Source of the DNA: an uncultured Actinomycetes bacterium
Lineage (GTDB): Bacteria; Actinomycetota; Thermoleophilia; Gaiellales; Gaiellaceae
Reading direction: 5' to 3'
Assembly (NCBI GenBank): GCA_963849125.1
Contig: CAWKGI010000017.1
Coordinates: 5,932 to 69,931 of the forward strand
DNA: 64,000 nt
The notes beneath the pieces are model-generated. The model searched no databases. It saw nothing but the letters and a program-made list of their open reading frames with translations, and had not been told where the DNA came from. Positions 58,000-64,000 of this stretch are shown here, piece after piece. The position numbers were made by a program, and so were the translations under genes. Each line of letters starts with the position of its first letter. Within the stretch, counting starts at the first letter, position 1.

Positions 58000-58111
58000 G
58001 CCTTCGGTCTCCGTCCGAGACTCCTGCGTCCGTCACCGGCGACAAGCCGGCTCGGGCGGCGACTCGCGCACCCCGCGCAGCGAGGATCTCCCCGACGAAG
58101 GAGGACGAAGC

Positions 58112-58405
58112 ATGAGCACCCGGTGGACGTTCCTCTCCCACCATGCGCACGTCCTGCTGTGCATCGCGCGCGACCCCGACACCCGCCTCCGGGAGGTCGC
58201 ATCCGAAGTCGGCATCACGGAGCGGGCAGTCCAGGCGATCGTCAACGACCTCGTGGAGGAGGGGTACCTCACCCGTGAGCGCGTGGGGCGGCGCAACCAC
58301 TACGAGATCCATCCCGAGGCACCGATGCGCCACCCGATGCATCACGACATCGACGTCGGGACGCTCGTCGGACTGCTCGAGCATGAGAACACGGCTGCGA
58401 GATGA
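58112..58405 (+). CDS. winged-helix transcriptional regulator
   Basis: WTFLSHHAHVLLCIARDP...GITERAVQ.IV.DL...RERVGRRNHY. Confidence 0.88.
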   Translation: MSTRWTFLSHHAHVLLCIARDPDTRLREVASEVGITERAVQAIVNDLVEEGYLTRERVGRRNHYEIHPEAPMRHPMHHDIDVGTLVGLLEHENTAAR

Positions 58406-58510
58406 CCTGCGGCTTTCCCGCGACGTGACACGCGCCCGCGCGGATGCCGGGCGGCGACGTCTCGACGAACCTTCCGACAGGTGGGCTCCCCAACGGGCAA
58501 GATCGAGAAC

Positions 58511-61164
58511 ATGGTCGAACCGGTCGACGTCATCCTCCGCGACGGCGCCACGATGCGTCTGCGCGCGCCGACGGTGCACGACATCGATGCGATCATCGCA
58601 TTCTTCGCCGCGCTGAGCTTTCAGAGTCGCGTCCTGCGGTTCCACGGCTACGCCGAAGCGGGAGAGCGGTTCGCACGGACGCTCGTCGCCCCCGACTGGA
58701 GCGAGAAGGGAGCGCTGGTCGCGGTCCTCGGCGAGGTCGACGACGAGAGGATCGTCGGGATCGGAAACTACGTGCGGCTCCGCGACCGGCACACTGCCGA
58801 GGCGGCATTTGCGGTCGCCGACGACTCGCAGCGCCGGGGAATCGGCACGCGCCTCGTCGAGCAGCTCGCGGGCCGTGCTGCCGAGCACGGCATCGACCGG
58901 TTCGTCGCCGAGGTGATGCCGGAGAACGCGGCGATGCTCGGCGTGTTCGAGCGTGTGGGCTTCCGCATCAGCCGCGCGCTCGAGGACGGGGTGGTCGAGG
59001 TCGCGTTCCCGATCACGCCGACCGAGGCGTACACCGCACGCGTCGACGAGCGCGACCACGTCGCCGTCACCGCCTCGCTGCGGCCCGTTCTTCCTGCCGA
59101 CGACGGTCGCCGTGATCGGCGCGTCGTCCCGTCGTGGGTCGATCGGCGGCGAGCTCTTCCGCAACGTCCTCACGGGCGACTTCACCGGGGCGGCGTATCC
59201 GGTCAACCGCGGTGGAGAGCCGGTCGGGGGGGTCAAGGCGTACACGTCGATCGAGGAGATCCCCGACGAGATCGACCTCGCGGTGATCTGCCTGCCCGGC
59301 GACCGGGTGCTCGAGGCGGCCGAGTCGGCTTTACGTCACGGGACGCGCGCGCTCTGCGTGATCTCGGCAGGCTTCGCGGAGATCGGCCCCGAAGGGCGCG
59401 AACGCCAGAACGAGCTCCTGGCGCTCGTCCGCGCGCACGGCGCACGGCTCGTCGGCCCGAACTGCCTCGGCATCGCGTCGGCCGCGGTCGGGCTCAACGC
59501 GACGTTCGCACCGCGGGCGTTCCCCCGTGGGCGCATCGGCTTCTCCTCGCAGAGCGGAGCGCTCGGCCTCGCGCTGCTCGAACGCGCAGAGGCGCGAGGG
59601 CTCGGCGTCTCGGCGTTCGTCTCGATCGGGAACAAGGCCGACGTCTCCTCCAACGACCTCCTCGAGTGGTGGGAGGACGACGACGAGACGGATCTCGTCC
59701 TGATGTACGTCGAGTCGTTCGGCAACCCGCGCAAGTTCGCCCGCATCGCGCGGCGGCTCGCCCGCGAGAAGCCGGTGCTCGCGATGAAGAGCGGCCGCTC
59801 GCGCTCCGGTCGTCGCGCGGCGGGCTCCCACACGGCCGCGCTGGCCGGCTCCGACGCCGCGGTCGACGCGCTGTTCCGCCAGGCGGGCGTGATCCGGGCC
59901 GAGACGCTCGCCGAGCTGCTCGACGTCGCCGCGCTCCTCTCGAGCCAGCCGGCCCCGCGCGGGAACCGCGTCGCCGTGATCACGAACGCCGGTGGTCTCG
60001 GGATCCTGTGCGCCGACGCCTGCGAGTCCTCGGGGCTGGAGCTTCCGCCGCTCGCGCCGGAGACCCAGGCGCGGCTCGGCGAGCTGATGCCCTCGGAGGC
60101 GAGCACCGCGAATCCCGTCGACATGCTCGGGTCGGCCACCGACAGCCTCTACGCCGCCGTCGTGCCGGTCGTCCTCGAGGACCCCGGGATCGACGCGGTG
60201 ATCGCGCTCTTCGTGCCGCCCGTCGCGGTCGACACGCCGGCCGTCGGCACGCGCGATCTCGGAGGCCGCGGCCTCGAGCGAGTCCGGCAAGCCGGTGCTC
60301 GCGGCGATCGTCGCCGCCGAGGGCCCTCCGCTCACGCTCCGCTCTGCGGCGCACGTCCCCGCCTTCGGCTATCCGGAGGCGGCGGCGCGCGCACTCGGCC
60401 GCGCCGTCGAGCGCGCGAGCTGGCTCCGACGGTCGGCCGGGCATCGTCCCGACGCTGGACGAGCGTCGACCTGGCGGCGGCCGAGGAGATCGTCGCGCGC
60501 GCCCTCGGCGACGAAGGACGAGGTCTGGCTGACCCCGGAGGACACACGGGCCCTCCTCGTCTCCTACGGCATCCCCGTCGTCGAGGAGCGCGTCGCCGCC
60601 GATCCCGAGGCGGCGGTCGCGGCCGCCGAGGAGATCGGGTATCCCGTCGTCGTCAAGCTCGGCGAGGCCGGCGCGCACAAGACCGAGCGCGGCGGCGTCG
60701 TCCTCGACGTGCAGGACGCCGACGGCGTGCGCGACGCTGCCGAGCGGATGGGCGGGCCTGTCGTGCTCCAGCCGTTCCTCAAGGGCGGCGCGGAGTTCCT
60801 GGCCGGCGTCGCACACGATCCCGTCTTCGGCCCGCTCGTCGCGTTCGGTCCCGGAGGCGTCCAGGCCGAGCTGATCGGCGGCACCGACTTCCGGCTCTCG
60901 CCCCTCACGGACGCCGACACCGCGGAGCTCGTTCGCACCGGCAAGGCCGGGCAGATCTCCGCAGGCTTCCGCGGCGCACCGCCGGTCGACGCGCACGCCC
61001 TGGAGGACGTGCTCCACCGGCTCTCCCGCCTCGCAGAGGACGTGCCCGAGCTCGCCGAGCTCGACCTGAACCCCATCCTGGCGATGCCCGACCGGGTGGT
61101 CGCGGTCGACGCGCGGATCCGGCTCGCGCACCCCGCGGCGCGGGCGGAGCTCAAGGGCTGGTAG
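58511..61164 (+). CDS. protein lysine acetyltransferase (GNAT + NDP-forming acyl-CoA synthetase), frameshifted
   Basis: EAAFAVAD..QRRGIG, VIGAS, GPNCLG, SQSG, GNKAD, NPVD, ELDLNP. Confidence 0.9.
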
Positions 61165-61258
61165 CCGTGAGGGAAGCCCGCAGCCGCTTGCGGCTCTGAG
61201 CGGATGCCTGCCGGGCCTGCCGGCGCGATGATCAGGTTCGTCGAGTGAGGAGGATTCC

Positions 61259-61888
61259 ATGAAGGTCGCCGAACTCATGACGAGCGATGTCGTGACCGCA
61301 ACGCCGGAGATGCCGTTGAAGGCCGCTGCTCGCCTGCTCGCAGAGCGCGGGGTGTCGGGGATGCCGGTCATCGACGAGGCGCGGCACGTGCTCGGCGTGC
61401 TCTCCGAGGCCGACGTGCTGGCCAAGGAGGTCGACGGGCGCCGACAGTCGAACGTGCTCCTTCGCTTCCTCGAGGGCCCTCCTGCAGACGACCGCTTCGA
61501 AGCTCTCACCGTCGGCGAGGCGATGACGGCGCCGGCGATCGTGATCGACCCCCAGCGTCCCGTGACCGAGGTCGCGATGCTCCTCCTGGCAGAGGGCATC
61601 AACCGCCTCCCGGTGGTCGTCGACGGCGTGCTGGTCGGCATCGTCACCCGGGCCGACCTGGTGCGCGCCTTCGCGCGCGACGACGAGGCGATCCGCGACG
61701 AGATCATCCGCACCGCCAAGGACGACCTGTGGATCGATCCGGCCAGGCTCGGCGTCGACGTCAAGGACGGCGTCGTCCGACTCGACGGCACCCTCGACTC
61801 ACCCGATGAGGCGCGCGTGGTCGCGACGTTCGCGCGTCGCGTCCCCGGTGTGGTGGAGGTCGTGTCGACCGTCACCACGCGCAGCTGA
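61259..61888 (+). CDS. CBS-pair + BON domain protein
   Basis: VSGMPVID, INRLPVV..GIVTRADL, VKDGVVRLDG..VPGVVEV. Confidence 0.9.
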   Translation: MKVAELMTSDVVTATPEMPLKAAARLLAERGVSGMPVIDEARHVLGVLSEADVLAKEVDGRRQSNVLLRFLEGPPADDRFEALTVGEAMTAPAIVIDPQRPVTEVAMLLLAEGINRLPVVVDGVLVGIVTRADLVRAFARDDEAIRDEIIRTAKDDLWIDPARLGVDVKDGVVRLDGTLDSPDEARVVATFARRVPGVVEVVSTVTTRS

Positions 61889-62002
61889 GCGGGCAGACGA
61901 TCGCCCGAACGCGGGCACGCGGGACGGAGGGCAATCAGCCGTTCGAAGGTCTGCGCCTCCGATCGGGGCCGTGCCACAGGGGGTGTACGCTGTGGGTGCG
62001 GT

Positions 62003-62380
62003 ATGGACTTCAAGAGACCACGGACTCCCCACTACGACGATCCCGCGGCTGTAGGTCGCAGGCTCCACGAGGCACGCGAGAGCGCGGGCCTGAGCCAGCG
62101 CGACCTCGCGTTCCCCGGGTGCAGTGCCGCCTATATCTCGCGGATCGAGCGCGGAGAGCGGATCCCCTCGTTGCAGGTGATGCGCGAGCTCGCCCGACGG
62201 ACGGGCATCGGTGAGGCCGAGCTCGCGTACGGCCGCGAGTCCGTCGACGCGGACGTCGCCCAGCGCATGCGCGACGTCGAGCGCGCCGAGGCAGATGGGA
62301 CCGGCGACGAGATCGCGAGGGCCTACCAGTCCCTTGCACGGGCTGCGACGAAGGCGGCGAAGGCCGCAGCCGCCCGCTAG
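62003..62380 (+). CDS. XRE-family HTH regulator
   Basis: VGRRL..AR..AGLSQRDLA...AYISRIERGER.PS. Confidence 0.88.
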   Translation: MDFKRPRTPHYDDPAAVGRRLHEARESAGLSQRDLAFPGCSAAYISRIERGERIPSLQVMRELARRTGIGEAELAYGRESVDADVAQRMRDVERAEADGTGDEIARAYQSLARAATKAAKAAAAR

Positions 62381-62404
62381 GCCGACCGCGACGTAGGATC
62401 GCCG

Positions 62405-63485
62405 ATGCGCAGCGATGCAGACGTCGTCGTCGTCGGTGCGGGGATCGCGGGCCTGGCGACTGCCCGCGCAGCCGCCCGCGCCGGACGCGGGGTGCTCGTG
62501 ATCGAGCAGTTCGCTCCCGATCACACACGCGGCTCGTCGCACGGCGCGTCGCGGATCTTTCGCCTCAACTACCCGGACGAGCGCTACGTCCGGATGGCCC
62601 AGGCGGCGCTCGAGGGGTGGCGCGAGCTCGAGGCGGAGTACGGCATGACGCTGATCGAGCCGACGGGCGCACTCGACCTCGGGTCGGCCGCATTCGACAC
62701 GGCGCGCGCGCTCGCGGCGTGCGGCGCCCGGTTCGAGGAGCTCCGCGGGGACGAGGTGACCCGCCGGTTCGGTATCGCGTGCGGTCGCTTCCGAGCCGGC
62801 GCTCTTCCAGCCCGACGGAGGGCTCACGCGCGCCGACCGGGCTGTCACGGCCCTCCTCGAGGGAGCCTTGCACGTCGGCGCCGAGATCGCGACCGGCGTC
62901 CGTGTCGAGTCGATCGCCGTCGAGCGCGCGAGCGTTCGCCTCGAGACGACGGGTGGATCCGTCGTCGCGCGGGCAGTCGTCGTGACAGCGGGCGCCTGGG
63001 CGCCACGACTGCTCGCCCCGCTCGGGATCGAGCTCGGCGTCGTCCCGACGCGCGAGACCGTCGCCTACGTCGATCTCCCCCGCGCCGCAACGCTCCCTCC
63101 TGTGATCGACTACGAACGGCTTCCGGCGCCAGGATCGGCCGGTCTCAGTCGGATCGGACAGGCCGGCTACGCCCTCGCTGCACCGGGCGTCGGGCTCAAG
63201 GTCGGGCTGCACCACGCAGGCCCGGTGACAGACCCCGACGACGATCCGCTACCCGACGAGGCGATCGCCCGCTGGGCGCTCGAGTGGGCGCACGGGCGCT
63301 ATCCGGATGCCGGGGAGGCCCTCGGCAGCGAGACCTGCATCTACACGAACACCGCGGACGAGAGCTTCGTCCTGGAGCGACACGGTCGCATCGTCGTCGG
63401 GTCAGCCTGCTCGGGGCACGGCTTCAAGTTCGCGCCACTCGTCGGGCGGACGCTGGCCGCGCTCGCGGCTGAGGCCGCCCGCTGA
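62405..63485 (+). CDS. FAD-dependent sarcosine/N-methyltryptophan oxidase family, frameshifted
   Basis: VVGAGIAG, GSSHGASRIFR, CIYTNT, CSGHGFKFAP. Confidence 0.9.
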
Positions 63486-63492
63486 GCGGGCT

Positions 63493-64000
63493 CTAGGACT
63501 TGCCGGCGACGTAGGCCGCGACGTCGGCGATCTGCTCCGGAGAGAGCCGCTCGCCGAACGCAGGCATTGCGCCGCGACCGCCCGTCACCGTCGTCACGAT
63601 CTGCTCCGCGGTCAGCTGCGTCTGGTCGAGGTTCGGGCCGACGGCCCCGGTCGACCCCGCGGCCGCGAGCGCGTGGCAGGCCCCACAGCCTTCGGCCGCG
63701 AACACCTCGGCCCCGGCGGCCGCATCGCCCGCAGGTGCCTGCTCACCCGTCGTCGTCCCGCCGTCGGTGACGGTCACGGTCGCTCCGCCGGAGTCCGCGG
63801 TCTCACGCCCTACGAGGTAGCCGGCGACGGCGAACGCGGCGGCGAGCCCGAGGGCCGCCAGCACGAGGATCGCCTCCGACACGGGCGCCGGACGGTCGCC
63901 GCGCTGAGACGGGAGCGGCAGGCCGCGGTCGTCGAGGGTCACGAGCCCGCCCTTGCCACGCAGCGTCTGGATCACGTTCCAGAAGAACAGGAGCTGCACG
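63493..64000 (-). CDS. C-terminus of a membrane protein ending in a c-type cytochrome domain (partial)
   Basis: QLLFFWNVIQTL helix, TM, CGACH, GPNL, GRGAMPAF. Confidence 0.8.
   Translation of the reverse strand, partial: VQLLFFWNVIQTLRGKGGLVTLDDRGLPLPSQRGDRPAPVSEAILVLAALGLAAAFAVAGYLVGRETADSGGATVTVTDGGTTTGEQAPAGDAAAGAEVFAAEGCGACHALAAAGSTGAVGPNLDQTQLTAEQIVTTVTGGRGAMPAFGERLSPEQIADVAAYVAGKS

Overview
High-GC (~70%) actinobacterial chromosome segment. The gene content, GAAC-N4-GTTC LexA box and pervasive leaderless TANNNT promoters suggest Thermoleophilia/Gaiellales (inference). Many genes, including essential ones (topA, secG, opp), are split by single-base indels typical of an unpolished long-read assembly, so frameshifted CDS are merged here and their coordinates are approximate. 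Core content: selA, selB, selC, a CxxU AhpD-like selenoprotein with SECIS, a moaD-moaE fusion, punA, secG, tRNA-Leu, lexA, rnpB, topA, a sigma-70 factor, an Opp/Dpp transporter, an MBOAT/SGNH O-acylation cluster, a Pat acetyltransferase and TerC. There are two accessory regions. (1) A ~7.5 kb integrase-less island inserted in selC (67-bp direct repeat) carries three diverged copies of an unannotated ~180-nt promoter-plus-structured-RNA-like element around an excisionase gene. (2) A lower-GC cassette has a tiny unannotated peptide ORF, a membrane HD-GYP protein and a MalT-like STAND-LuxR regulator, flanked by two small LuxR-HTH genes and sharing palindromic boxes. The cassette is a candidate peptide-signalling/c-di-GMP system.
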